DNA of 32,000 nt from Prochlorococcus marinus str. NATL2A. Its GTDB lineage: Bacteria > Cyanobacteriota > Cyanobacteriia > PCC-6307 > Cyanobiaceae. The translations under genes and the position numbers were made by a program. Shown piece by piece: positions 8,636 through 17,699 of the stretch (the stretch's first letter is position 1; the number at the start of each line of letters is the position of its first letter). Location of the stretch: contig NC_007335.2 in the NCBI RefSeq assembly GCF_000012465.1, positions 1,050,001-1,082,000 of the forward strand. The letters run 5' to 3'. Under the pieces are notes generated by a model that had not been told where the DNA came from, ran no database searches, and saw only the letters and a program-made list of their open reading frames with translations.

Positions 8636-8973
8636 TTAAAAGGTTCCAACAATTTGTTATTGATTATGACACATAGAACTAATTTGGTTCAATAAACATC
8701 ACCCTCAAAACGTTTACAAACGAATTAGTTCTTTAAATAAAAAAACGAGCACTTTCATCAGTCGATGAAAGATTAAATAGAGAAACAAAAGAGAGATTAA
8801 TGATTGGATAAGAAAAAATTATTCGTACCAGCAGATTTACTAATTCCCTTTGAAAAAATTTTGGTGTGTTTACCCATCCGATATATCTGATTTAGAAGCT
8901 AAATTCCATTTGTCAGATTTTTTATCTGATCTTATTTATTGCTCTCTCGAGCAAATACTTAACGCTCTTTTTC

Positions 8974-10056
8974 ATGACCACCATTCAGCAGCAGCGTTCT
9001 TCGTTGCTCAAAGGTTGGCCACAATTCTGCGAGTGGGTTACTTCCACCAACAACCGTATCTATGTCGGTTGGTTCGGTGTTTTGATGATCCCTTGCCTTC
9101 TTGCGGCAACAACTTGTTTCATCGTTGCATTTATCGCTGCTCCTCCAGTTGATATCGACGGTATCCGTGAGCCAGTAGCTGGTTCATTCATGTATGGAAA
9201 CAACATCATTTCTGGTGCTGTTGTTCCTTCAAGTAACGCTATCGGCCTTCACTTCTACCCAATCTGGGAAGCAGCAACTCTTGATGAGTGGCTATATAAC
9301 GGTGGCCCTTACCAGCTTGTAATCTTCCACTTCCTTATCGGTATCTCTGCATACATGGGACGTCAGTGGGAGCTTTCATACCGTTTAGGTATGCGCCCAT
9401 GGATCTGTGTTGCTTACTCAGCTCCTGTATCAGCAGCTTTCGCTGTATTCCTTGTTTACCCATTCGGTCAGGGTTCATTCTCTGATGGTATGCCTCTAGG
9501 AATTTCTGGAACATTCAACTTCATGTTCGTTTTCCAGGCTGAGCACAACATCTTGATGCACCCATTCCATATGGCTGGTGTAGCAGGTATGTTCGGTGGT
9601 GCTTTGTTCTCTGCAATGCATGGTTCTTTGGTTACTTCATCACTTATCCGTGAGACCACAGGACTTGATTCACAGAACTACGGTTACAAGTTTGGACAAG
9701 AAGAAGAGACATACAACATCGTTGCAGCTCATGGCTACTTCGGTCGTTTGATCTTCCAATATGCAAGCTTCAACAACAGCCGTAGCCTTCACTTCTTCTT
9801 GGCTTCATGGCCAGTGATTTGTGTTTGGTTGACATCTATGGGCATCTGCACCATGGCGTTCAACTTGAACGGTTTCAACTTCAACCAGTCTGTAGTTGAT
9901 ACTTCAGGCAAGGTTGTACCAACCTGGGGTGACGTACTTAACCGTGCAAACCTTGGTATGGAAGTAATGCACGAGCGTAATGCTCACAACTTCCCACTTG
10001 ACCTAGCAGCTGCTGAGTCTACTTCTGTAGCTCTTGTTGCACCTGCAATCGGTTAA
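8974..10056 (+). CDS. psbA: Photosystem II D1 protein, 360 aa
   Basis: Full-length D1: ...[23 protein letters not shown]..., with HNFPLDLAA followed by a C-terminal extension. Confidence 0.98.
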   Translation: MTTIQQQRSSLLKGWPQFCEWVTSTNNRIYVGWFGVLMIPCLLAATTCFIVAFIAAPPVDIDGIREPVAGSFMYGNNIISGAVVPSSNAIGLHFYPIWEAATLDEWLYNGGPYQLVIFHFLIGISAYMGRQWELSYRLGMRPWICVAYSAPVSAAFAVFLVYPFGQGSFSDGMPLGISGTFNFMFVFQAEHNILMHPFHMAGVAGMFGGALFSAMHGSLVTSSLIRETTGLDSQNYGYKFGQEEETYNIVAAHGYFGRLIFQYASFNNSRSLHFFLASWPVICVWLTSMGICTMAFNLNGFNFNQSVVDTSGKVVPTWGDVLNRANLGMEVMHERNAHNFPLDLAAAESTSVALVAPAIG

Positions 10057-10078
10057 GTCTTTAACTTGATTTTCTTAA

Positions 10079-10105
10079 AGCCCTCTTTTTGAGGGCTTTT
10101 TTTTT
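10079..10105 (+). terminator. psbA intrinsic terminator
   Basis: agccctc-ttttt-gagggct followed by T9. Confidence 0.85.
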
Positions 10106-10261
10106 GACCTTTTAGGTTTAGTAAAATAAAAGGAGAGGAACAAGAAATTCTTTATATGGCGTTGTAACTGTTAAGTCCTATATCTCAACCTCTATGCAAA
10201 ACCTATTAGAGGTTTATAAAGAAATAACTGTTTACTACTCATCTTCACTTGGCTCCGCGAA

Positions 10262-10888
10262 ATGAATATATCTAAATTTCTATTAATTGATGCTGTATTA
10301 GTAATTGCAGCAATCCCACTTATTTTTTTTGTTTCAGGTGGCAAAAGAAAGTCTCCATTTTTACGAAGTTCAAGTAAAGAAGAATTATTGAGAAAGGCCT
10401 CAGGCAAACTCCCTGACAAAGAAAAGCTTAGAGAACTTGAAAAATTTGCAACAGAACAAGGTAGTGGAATTGAATTTGATTCAATTATTGGAATTTGGAA
10501 ATTTATATCAATATGGAAAAAAGACATCGACGAAGAAGATCCCATTTTTAGTTCATTGCTTAGAGTCTTCTCTGCAAAAATAGAGTTCAGGAAAGACCTT
10601 TTAACTAAAAATTCAACTGAATTGTCTGTTATCGCCTCAATTCAATTTGGACTGTTCAGTATAGGGTTTTCAGGAACTGGTTATTTAAAAGGAAAACAAC
10701 CTTTATTACCATTCTGTTTAAATCTAATTGAACTCAAAGCGGGTTCAGATATTTTATTGAGAAGATCTCTTAAAGAACAGGAAGACAAGGAGAAGTCTTT
10801 TTTTGCCATGATTGCATTAGAAGAAAACGAAGAATTACTTTCAGCCAGAGGTCAAGGAGGTGAAGTCGTGATTTGGTTGAAAGATTGA
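10262..10888 (+). CDS. Hypothetical protein (208 aa), possibly fibrillin-like
   Basis: ORF track. N-terminal TM; GIWKF... near the start of the domain and ...SARGQGGEVVIWLK at the C-terminus loosely recall PAP/fibrillin motifs. Confidence 0.6.
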   Translation: MNISKFLLIDAVLVIAAIPLIFFVSGGKRKSPFLRSSSKEELLRKASGKLPDKEKLRELEKFATEQGSGIEFDSIIGIWKFISIWKKDIDEEDPIFSSLLRVFSAKIEFRKDLLTKNSTELSVIASIQFGLFSIGFSGTGYLKGKQPLLPFCLNLIELKAGSDILLRRSLKEQEDKEKSFFAMIALEENEELLSARGQGGEVVIWLKD

Positions 10889-10997
10889 ATTCAAGAGCAA
10901 AGAAGATCAGATTAATCTTTATAGTCATTCATGAATTTTGTATAACCATCTAGTTGGACGCATTTAAATTGAATACTGTTTAAAATTGAACTTTTAA

Positions 10998-11843
10998 ATG
11001 CCCGAAGGACCAGAGATTAGACGAGCTGCAGATAAGATAAGTAAAGTTTTAATTGGCGAAGAAATTATTGAAAGTAATTTTTACTATGAACGAATAAAGG
11101 AGAAAGAGGAGATAGTCAAAAACCAAAATATCAAAGACATAACAACTAGAGGAAAGGCAATGCTTATCCGATTCAAGAATAATTGGTCAATGTATAGCCA
11201 TAATCAGTTATATGGAAGATGGACAGTAAATTTAAATACAACAAAAGTCAAATCAAGAAGAGCTCTTAGAGTAGTTTTCACAACAAATAAACATGCTGTT
11301 AGATTGTGGTCAGCGACAGATATTGATTTAATTCCAACAGATGAAGAGAATGAACATTCATTCTTAAAAAAAATTGGGCCTGATGTCCTGAGTGAATCTT
11401 GCAGTTTAGATTTAATAGAAGAAAGATTAACGTCAACAAGTTTCCATAAAAAGAAAGCCTCAACTTTGATGCTTGATCAGGCTTTCTTTGCTGGATTAGG
11501 TAACTATCTTCGCTCAGAAATCTTATTCGATGCAAAAATACATCCAGATGATAGACCGTTTGATCTTGATAAAACGAAAATTACCCAATGGGCAAAATCA
11601 ATAAAAAACATCTCACAGTTAGCCTATAAAACTGGAGGTTTTACAGTCTCAAAATCATTAGCAGATAGAAACAAAGAGAATGGAGAGCCAAGAAGATCTT
11701 ATAGACATGCTGTTTTCATGCGACACCAATATGAATGTTTAAATTGCAAGGATCGTATAGAAAGGAAATGGTATGGGAAAAGGAAAGTTGATTATTGTCC
11801 GAGCTGTCAAATTCAAAGAGGTAAAATCAAACCCACCAAATAA
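10998..11843 (+). CDS. nei: Endonuclease VIII (Fpg/Nei-family DNA glycosylase), 281 aa
   Basis: N-terminus MPEGPEIRRAADK, SHNQLYGRW, LDQAFFAGLGNYLRSEILF and a C-terminal C-x2-C...C-x2-C zinc finger all parallel E. coli Nei. Confidence 0.9.
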   Translation: MPEGPEIRRAADKISKVLIGEEIIESNFYYERIKEKEEIVKNQNIKDITTRGKAMLIRFKNNWSMYSHNQLYGRWTVNLNTTKVKSRRALRVVFTTNKHAVRLWSATDIDLIPTDEENEHSFLKKIGPDVLSESCSLDLIEERLTSTSFHKKKASTLMLDQAFFAGLGNYLRSEILFDAKIHPDDRPFDLDKTKITQWAKSIKNISQLAYKTGGFTVSKSLADRNKENGEPRRSYRHAVFMRHQYECLNCKDRIERKWYGKRKVDYCPSCQIQRGKIKPTK

Positions 11844-11924
11844 TGGTTTTTTTAGCACTTGGCGAATAACAAAAATTTAAGACAACATATGTTTTTGATG
11901 AACATATATAAAAGGTAGACGTAC

Positions 11925-12398
11925 TTAATTGTTTATAGGATTAAAAAAATCGGCTATCAAAAGATCCTCTCTTTTTAGCAACGCAAACGTTGTCCCCTTA
12001 TAGCCTCTACATACTCGCAATTTATCAGTCAAAACGGTTGTATCTAGCCAACCCGTTTGAGCTGTTTTAATTTCCGATAAAAAGACCATATTTTTACCAA
12101 ACACCTGTGGTCCTATTATCCCTGCTTTTTCAAAGGTAACGTTTATGCGTTTTTGATCAATAATATCCAACTTTGCCAAGATATTAGTCGATAAAAGTTT
12201 GCCAAGAAATCCCTTAGGGCTCAGAAAGTTAAGTGCTCTGCTTTTGTCTAGGTCTAATATTTGAAAATTATTTAATAACGGAGAATAATTTAGAACAGGA
12301 GATTTCGAGCTACTCCACCTCAATTCCCAGACACCCATAAGTCTCTCAAATTGATTTGGTATGTCTACAGCAGATTCAAATTCCGATAATTTAATCAA
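11925..12398 (-). CDS. PAP/fibrillin-family protein (157 aa)
   Basis: GVWELRWSSS... and the C-terminal WLDTTVLTDKLRVCRGYKGTTFALLK match the fibrillin signature (YLD.dlRi.RG..G..FvL). Confidence 0.7.
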   Translation of the reverse strand: MIKLSEFESAVDIPNQFERLMGVWELRWSSSKSPVLNYSPLLNNFQILDLDKSRALNFLSPKGFLGKLLSTNILAKLDIIDQKRINVTFEKAGIIGPQVFGKNMVFLSEIKTAQTGWLDTTVLTDKLRVCRGYKGTTFALLKREDLLIADFFNPINN

Positions 12399-12638
12399 AT
12401 TTTCTATTTTTTTTTTGATTTTGGCGATTTCTCAAGAGTTTCTATTAATTTTGAAATGCTATTCATGATTTAACCCATTGATTATTAAAATAAAAATGAT
12501 GATAAAACTGCTTCTCTGAAGTAGAGAGAGTGAAATAATTTTCAGTCTCTCTACTCGAACAAATGAAATATGTGAACTTTTTAAGGGTTATTATTAAAGT
12601 GTTCTTGTTCACATTTTTTTTAATCTTATTAGATAAAA

Positions 12639-12773
12639 CTAACTTCTGAAAGGAGAGTTATAGTAGGCTTTATTAACGGTATAAAGAGTATACAGAGAAA
12701 CAGCTATACCTAAAAAGCCAACGACTAAAATTGGTGAAAAAGATGGGAAAGAATAGGTAGGAATTGAAGTCAT
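12639..12773 (-). CDS. 44-aa membrane peptide (MTS... start)
   Basis: MTSIPTYSFPSFSPILVVGFLGIAVSLYTLYTVNKAYYNSPFRS. Below the track cutoff. Confidence 0.4.
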   Translation of the reverse strand: MTSIPTYSFPSFSPILVVGFLGIAVSLYTLYTVNKAYYNSPFRS

Positions 12774-12814
12774 AATGAGCGATAGATTTACATTTACGTT
12801 CTAAAAGATCTAAA

Positions 12815-12915
12815 TTTCAGATGCCAGGGGTTTTCACGGTAGTAAATCACGGTTAACCCTCCAATGGATTAAGCGGGAGAGAGGAGGTAATAGCCCTCTT
12901 TTTTTTATTATTTAT
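12815..12915 (+). ncRNA. Candidate small RNA ending in an intrinsic terminator
   Basis: No plus-strand ORF here. GGGGUU/AACCCU stem around 12828..12860, then a 7-bp stem (about 12884..12906) followed by T9. The start coordinate is a guess. Confidence 0.25.
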
Positions 12916-12926
12916 GCTTTGGAGTC

Positions 12927-13286
12927 TTAAGAAGTTCTTTCTTTAAATTGGTCAGGTATTGGAAAATCCTCTCGTATTTGTTTTAAACGTTTTTTGTAAA
13001 TAGTTTCATAATCTGGATCACGGCTTTTATATGCGTTGTAATTTTGCCCTTCAAAATCTTCTTCTTTAATTAATTCTTCTACTTGCTTAATAAGGTCTCT
13101 ATAGATATTTGCTCCTACTTTCTGTTCTTGAGTAAGTTCGCTTCCGTGAGAATCAGCGTATTGAATAATCCCTTTGTAAGTAAAAAGCCATTGTCTCCTT
13201 GCCAGTGGATCTAATGCGATAACTTCTTTAACTATAAAACTTGTACAAAGTTTGAACTTTACTTCTAAATCGTTAGTGTCAATCAC
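12927..13286 (-). CDS. Hypothetical protein (119 aa), GTG start
   Basis: ORF track; no internal Met, so the GTG at 13286 is the only candidate start. Confidence 0.55.
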   Translation of the reverse strand: MIDTNDLEVKFKLCTSFIVKEVIALDPLARRQWLFTYKGIIQYADSHGSELTQEQKVGANIYRDLIKQVEELIKEEDFEGQNYNAYKSRDPDYETIYKKRLKQIREDFPIPDQFKERTS

Positions 13287-13333
13287 AAAGGAAGAAAATT
13301 ATCGCCTCTGAATTGTAGATGGAAATTTCAAAT

Positions 13334-13489
13334 TCATTCATTCGGTTTGAATCCCTCAACAGAAATAGTTTTAATTTCATTATCAGTTGAGTGATATTGA
13401 TTCATTTTTTTCTTCATCTCCGAGTTACTAGCCAAGGGAAATACTCCAAGTGCCGCAATAAATGGGAACAGAGTTTTTATTGTTTTCAT
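13334..13489 (-). CDS. 51-aa peptide with a putative signal sequence
   Basis: MKTIKTLFPFIAALGVFPLASNSEM... Below the track cutoff. Confidence 0.4.
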   Translation of the reverse strand: MKTIKTLFPFIAALGVFPLASNSEMKKKMNQYHSTDNEIKTISVEGFKPNE

Positions 13490-13533
13490 TATTTTTCCAG
13501 CAAAACGATCTCTTTAACCTACATGACTTTTTC

Positions 13534-13794
13534 TTAATCAATAAGCTCAAGAGAATAGACAGTATCTTCGTATCCATTTGCCTTATCCCACTCCTTCATC
13601 TCTGGAGTACTTGTAGCGTCAGCAAAACCATCGTGATCTATGACTTGAAGTATTAAGTGACTTTTACCGTCATTTACTTTAATGAGTTCATATTCTATGA
13701 CGTACTTATGACCTTCCTCTTGATGGAAGTCAGCTACAAATTTCTCGAAAGATTCAAAAGGACAGGTAAAGGTAGAAACGATAAGGGTATTCAT
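13534..13794 (-). CDS. Hypothetical protein (86 aa), paralog of 29219..29497
   Basis: Internal ATG of track ORF 13534..13830 (which has a TTG start). MNTLIVSTFTCPFESFEKFVADF parallels MSLETTIFTFKISVPFEEWAKGF. Confidence 0.55.
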   Translation of the reverse strand: MNTLIVSTFTCPFESFEKFVADFHQEEGHKYVIEYELIKVNDGKSHLILQVIDHDGFADATSTPEMKEWDKANGYEDTVYSLELID

Positions 13795-13932
13795 GAAGAC
13801 TACGTGATTATTTTCAACAGCTTTGCACAATCACCTTGAAATTTCTGCTCGGAAGGATATCTCTTCATCCTCTTCTGACATTTCAGGATAAATGATACCT
13901 TCGGCTCTACAAGTATGGGTTGGTGAATTTCA

Positions 13933-14259
13933 TTAGCATTTCATGGCCTCTTCGATGATAGAAATCTCTCTTGTGTTTCTTCTAGTAAGTCCACGCAGGT
14001 CTAATTGAAAACGTATTACCTCCAATGCAAGCTTGTTAAATCGAAAGGTGGCTTGAACATATCCATGTGAGTAATCAGATTCAAAATATCCAAAACCTTT
14101 CAAGCCTTTTACGAGTAAATAGCTATCAAAAATTTTGCTGTACCACCTGATCAGCATACTGTTATCCATAATGTCAGCGATAGCTATACGGGATATGGTC
14201 TTAGTTCTTACAGCAAAGTAATCATTAAGGTCTTGGTAAATAGGTAAATAGAATTTCAT
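13933..14259 (-). CDS. Hypothetical protein (108 aa)
   Basis: ORF track; no family recognised. Confidence 0.55.
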   Translation of the reverse strand: MKFYLPIYQDLNDYFAVRTKTISRIAIADIMDNSMLIRWYSKIFDSYLLVKGLKGFGYFESDYSHGYVQATFRFNKLALEVIRFQLDLRGLTRRNTREISIIEEAMKC

Positions 14260-14376
14260 TAATCCTTTCTAGCTGATCTTAATCTCATAACAAATGTAAT
14301 ATGTAATCTCCATTTTAAGGCTATAAAAAACATAGGAGGCTTAATAGCTTCATTTAATTTATAGGACTATTGATCG

Positions 14377-14559
14377 ATGGTTTCATTTGCTAGAGCAAGA
14401 ACAAGATCATTACTATCAAGGCTATGGCCTGTAACAGAAAAAAACCTCAACAATCAAACAATTGAGTCGCACAAGTCCAAAAAGCTGATTGAAGATATTG
14501 CCGAGCAAAACAAGTGTTTCCTAGAAGCAAGCAAGAATGGTGGGATGTGGTTTTCTTAG
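14377..14559 (+). CDS. Hypothetical small protein (60 aa)
   Basis: ORF track only. Confidence 0.3.
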   Translation: MVSFARARTRSLLSRLWPVTEKNLNNQTIESHKSKKLIEDIAEQNKCFLEASKNGGMWFS

Positions 14560-14678
14560 AACATTGACTTAAAGACAGAGTGGAGACCTATATCTCAATG
14601 ATATGGGCGTAAGGATTAGGGCCTGAGATCAAGCTCTTCAAAAACAAGATAATAGTTTTTGTTGAATTTATTTAATTG

Positions 14679-14716
14679 GAATCACCAAAATAGATAAAAA
14701 ACTATTTTGGTGATTC
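14679..14716. terminator. Perfect 15-bp-stem hairpin between convergent genes
   Basis: gaatcaccaaaatag-ataaaaaa-ctattttggtgattc followed by ttt. Sits between 14377..14559 (+) and 14787..15329 (-). Confidence 0.5.
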
Positions 14717-14786
14717 TTTAAACCTGCAAAGTATTGAAACTTAAAATATCGAATTCTTTTAAAAGAAATAAATTATTGAACATCAA

Positions 14787-15329
14787 TTATTTACTTGCCT
14801 CTTCTTCAATGTGTTTTTTAAGGGTATAACCATGACAATCAAATGGATATTCGGCCCTGGTCATCTCGCTTGCCTGAGTCTTATCAGCATCATTACCTCT
14901 AAATTTTCGACAATCACATATAAAGTCCATCTTGGTTCCATCTTTATAATCCTTCACTCTCGCATCTAACCATTCTCTTGCTTGCTCTGGCATCTCATCA
15001 CAAGCAATCCATGAACCCCAGAACAGTGCATCAAACATTTGTATTGCTTCTGCTCTTTTATTTGGTCCTGCCAAGTCCTCACAAAAATTTCTTACTGGAC
15101 AGTCTTTTCTGCTGATATAAAACTTTTTAGCTTGATTCTCATAACCTCTAACATATGTTTTTTTATTATTTACTGCATCCAAAGCAGCGTTTAATTGATC
15201 TCCTCCAAATGTATTGGTTATTCGCGCTTTATCAATTGATATCTGACCAGTCAGTTCCGTTTCGCTTTCATTAGCGACATCATCTCTTCTGACATCAAAT
15301 TGTCCAAGCACTTCAATTTGTTCAGTCAT
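14787..15329 (-). CDS. DUF4326-like protein (180 aa), intact paralog
   Basis: YISRKDCPVRNF...KRAEAIQMFDALFW...AREWLDARV...FICDC...FDCHGYTLKKHI. The layout recalls DUF4326 (from memory). Paralogs at 17174..17605 and 29647..30405. Confidence 0.7.
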   Translation of the reverse strand: MTEQIEVLGQFDVRRDDVANESETELTGQISIDKARITNTFGGDQLNAALDAVNNKKTYVRGYENQAKKFYISRKDCPVRNFCEDLAGPNKRAEAIQMFDALFWGSWIACDEMPEQAREWLDARVKDYKDGTKMDFICDCRKFRGNDADKTQASEMTRAEYPFDCHGYTLKKHIEEEASK

Positions 15330-15386
15330 CGAGGTGAAACTCTTCTTCCAATAGATTGAATTTTAATCTAATTTGTTCAAAACGAT

Positions 15387-15728
15387 CTATGGCTTAAAAA
15401 GAAAAGTCCTTTTAATTATTAATTGATGTCTCTTCCCAATTATCTCGCTTTTTGAAAGAACTTTTCCATTTCTGACTTGGTACTCTAATCCAATAAATTG
15501 ATTGCTTAATTGATCCATTTGACAGACTCTTTTGGAAACTCTTTTTATTTTCCATTTCCTTTGCATTCCACCATCAACTTGTTTCCAGTCTTTTTTCCAA
15601 GTGAGATAAGTTCCTCCTTCATGAACCCATTTATCACATTCTTTTTTAGCCTCTATTTCATCAAAAGTATCTGCATTCAGAGGAGGGAAAAGAATCAAGG
15701 ATATTACGAGCAATAACGTGCGTTTCAT
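15387..15728 (-). CDS. Putative secreted protein (113 aa)
   Basis: Internal ATG of the track ORF; signal-like MKRTLLLVISLILFPPLNA. Confidence 0.55.
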   Translation of the reverse strand: MKRTLLLVISLILFPPLNADTFDEIEAKKECDKWVHEGGTYLTWKKDWKQVDGGMQRKWKIKRVSKRVCQMDQLSNQFIGLEYQVRNGKVLSKSEIIGKRHQLIIKRTFLFKP

Positions 15729-15932
15729 AAAGCAATCATGATTTGAAAGTTTATTTCTCAAACCAAATTAAGTCGTGTAATCCAACTCCCAGATAAGAAA
15801 AAGAAAAGTAGAGAAAAATGAATTAATAAGATTATCAATATTAATCCAATTTTCTTCCAAAGGAAATATCAGATTAACTTTATAAATTTCTAGCTGACTC
15901 TTGATGCTGCAGTTACAACTAAGAAGTTATGA

Positions 15933-16136
15933 CTAATTGATTTTCACACCATTACAGTTGAAGCCGCTGCACTGAAGCTTGAATAAGAGAGATAGAACAA
16001 AATGATGAAAACTCGGAACCGCCTTATCTAGACCAATGAAAAATATTAACAAAGAAATTAATGTAATTGATAGATATTGCATCCAGTGAATACCAAGTCT
16101 ATCTAACCCATGGTTATTAAAATCTTTGATCTCCAT
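15933..16136 (-). CDS. Hypothetical membrane protein (67 aa)
   Basis: ORF track; one clear TM segment. Confidence 0.45.
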   Translation of the reverse strand: MEIKDFNNHGLDRLGIHWMQYLSITLISLLIFFIGLDKAVPSFHHFVLSLLFKLQCSGFNCNGVKIN

Positions 16137-16311
16137 TAGATTTATTTGGAAAATCCTAACTTAAGAAAAATTATGTAGTGGCTTTAGTTAAGCGAAACTT
16201 TAGGTAAAACTTATTTATTGGATCCTTTGTTGAAAAGATTTTTACGCAAAATTCATCTAAATGCTGAATTAGCGGCTTAAAAGGGTTCATATCCATTGTC
16301 TTGTCCTATAA

Positions 16312-16425
16312 CTAAACGATTACTGAAGAACCAACTTGGAATGCACCAGCCAAAAGAAGTAAAGCAGGTAGGTTCCAAAGCACTAGAACTTTGAGAGCAG
16401 TCTTTTTATAGGTTGCAGCAGTCAT
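16312..16425 (-). CDS. 37-aa membrane peptide (LWNLPALLLLA family)
   Basis: MTAATYKKTALKVLVLWNLPALLLLAGAFQVGSSVIV. Confidence 0.5.
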   Translation of the reverse strand: MTAATYKKTALKVLVLWNLPALLLLAGAFQVGSSVIV

Positions 16426-16512
16426 TTTGATTTTAGGAGGAAAGAATTTCAGAGAAATACAGACCTAAATCTCTGATGGAACAAAGTTAAGAAAGTACTT
16501 GCTTTGAGTGAG

Positions 16513-16530
16513 GTTCGGTCGGGGTAGGGC
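16513..16530 (-). promoter_or_regulatory. Upstream motif instance
   Basis: Minus strand reads gccctaccccgaccgaac, then ctcactcaaag, then TAACTT, about 90 nt upstream of the ATG at 16425. Confidence 0.4.
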
Positions 16531-16569
16531 TAACCGTGGAATAAATTTTTCTTATGGATCTGAAATTCT

Positions 16570-16686
16570 TTAACCCTGCATCATGTAAACGAGAAATACA
16601 GTAAAAATTGCAAGTTTTACTGCTACAAAATAGGGAATAAGCTTTTTAATTCTTGTTTCGGCTATTGATTTCGTAGTTGAAGTCAT
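16570..16686 (-). CDS. 38-aa membrane peptide (MTS... start)
   Basis: MTSTTKSIAETRIKKLIPYFVAVKLAIFTVFLVYMMQG. ATGA overlap with the upstream ORF. Paralog-like to 21841..21960. Confidence 0.45.
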   Translation of the reverse strand: MTSTTKSIAETRIKKLIPYFVAVKLAIFTVFLVYMMQG

Positions 16687-16799
16687 ATGAGACCTAAGCT
16701 CCCAAAAGTGAAACCAATTCCGCAGAAGAAAGCAAATTCAGCTAAATCTCTGCATCCTGATGGGATTGAATTTAATGCAACGTTAATTCGTTGAGCCAT
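16683..16799 (-). CDS. 38-aa peptide
   Basis: MAQRINVALNSIPSGCRDLAEFAFFCGIGFTFGSLGLI. Its stop overlaps the next start. Confidence 0.4.
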   Translation of the reverse strand: MAQRINVALNSIPSGCRDLAEFAFFCGIGFTFGSLGLI

Positions 16800-16894
16800 T
16801 TGACCTTGTACTCGCAGGTGAATGTGGAAAGATACTACAAAAGTAAGAACAAATACCCAGACACGTGACAGTTCAAAGGTGGGGTTTTCGAGAA

Positions 16895-17023
16895 TTAGTT
16901 AAACTTATGATTCAGAATACCTTTCACTTCAACGTAGTTGTAAAAAACCAGCAAATAAATTGCTCCAAAAATAATCACCCATTGAGCAGAATCCTTTAAA
17001 AACTCTTTTCCTTTATTTTTCAT
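16895..17023 (-). CDS. 42-aa membrane peptide
   Basis: MKNKGKEFLKDSAQWVIIFGAIYLLVFYNYVEVKGILNHKFN. Confidence 0.35.
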   Translation of the reverse strand: MKNKGKEFLKDSAQWVIIFGAIYLLVFYNYVEVKGILNHKFN

Positions 17024-17173
17024 TGATATGTTGAGCATTAAGGAAAATAGCTTTATAAATCCGATAATGCAGCTAAAAAAGTTTAATTTCTTTTGACTTA
17101 TAAATAAGCATTTTCAAGTCAAAAAATAGATCACCCATACATTGAAAGTCCCTAAAAGTGGGAGGTGCTGTCT

Positions 17174-17605
17174 TCAATAAATTTCTTTAGCTAAATATTC
17201 AATATAATTTTTCAAAGTAAAACCATGAGAATCATCATTACCTTTTACAAAATCAATATCATCAATAAGGTCTAAATTATGTCCCGCCATTAGCTCCTTC
17301 ACTCTGGCATTAAACCAATCCTTGAGGGGTTTCTCTATTGCATCTTTTTGATGTTGAGACCATAGATAGGTATCAAAAGCTTTTACAGCATCCTCTCTAC
17401 TCCACTTTGGTAGACCAAGAAAATGATTTTTAACAGGACAATCTTTTCTATTGATATAGTGCCTTTTCGCAGTCTTAGACATTCCTCTTACATACCGTTC
17501 TTCTGCATGTGTATTTTTAACTAACAACTGACCTGCCGTATTTTCATCTTTAACTTGAACCTCCCTCCTCCGATCCTTGAGACCTAAAACTTGTATTGGA
17601 TCCAT
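17174..17605 (-). CDS. DUF4326-like protein (143 aa)
   Basis: YINRKDCPVKNHF...REDAVKAFDTYLW...LKDWFNARV...SHGFTLKNYIEYL. It lacks the C-x-C of its paralogs. Confidence 0.7.
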   Translation of the reverse strand: MDPIQVLGLKDRRREVQVKDENTAGQLLVKNTHAEERYVRGMSKTAKRHYINRKDCPVKNHFLGLPKWSREDAVKAFDTYLWSQHQKDAIEKPLKDWFNARVKELMAGHNLDLIDDIDFVKGNDDSHGFTLKNYIEYLAKEIY

Positions 17606-17699
17606 AACTAGTTGGCTTTTTTAGTATCACTGAATTTCGAACGAAAATTTTTGAATACATTTTTCCAGTAATTAAGCACAGAATCAGGGATAGGTTTAT

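Noticed and set aside
10166-10178. The 12-mer cctatatctcaa is repeated at 10166 and 14586.
   Set aside because: Exact 12-mer repeats are expected many times by chance among roughly 5e8 position pairs in 32 kb of AT-biased sequence. Neither the context nor the flanks are similar.
8241-11535. Track ORFs 8241..8444(+), 8850..9152(+), 9468..9659(-), 10192..10545(-) and 11299..11535(-).
   Set aside because: Each lies inside or antisense to a confidently identified gene (the 162-aa ORF, psbA, 10262..10888, nei). None has family features, so they are treated as shadow ORFs.
13341-13360. tRNA-like T-arm fragments: ttcggtttgaatccctc here and gggggttcaaacatt at 28446..28460.
   Set aside because: The flanking bases cannot form a T-stem or acceptor stem, and no cloverleaf can be drawn. 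No tRNA gene or convincing tRNA-derived att fragment is present in the window.
13462-13839. Plus-strand ORFs 13462..13656 and 13657..13839.
   Set aside because: Antisense to 13534..13794, which has a paralog at 29219..29497 and is therefore the more credible gene.
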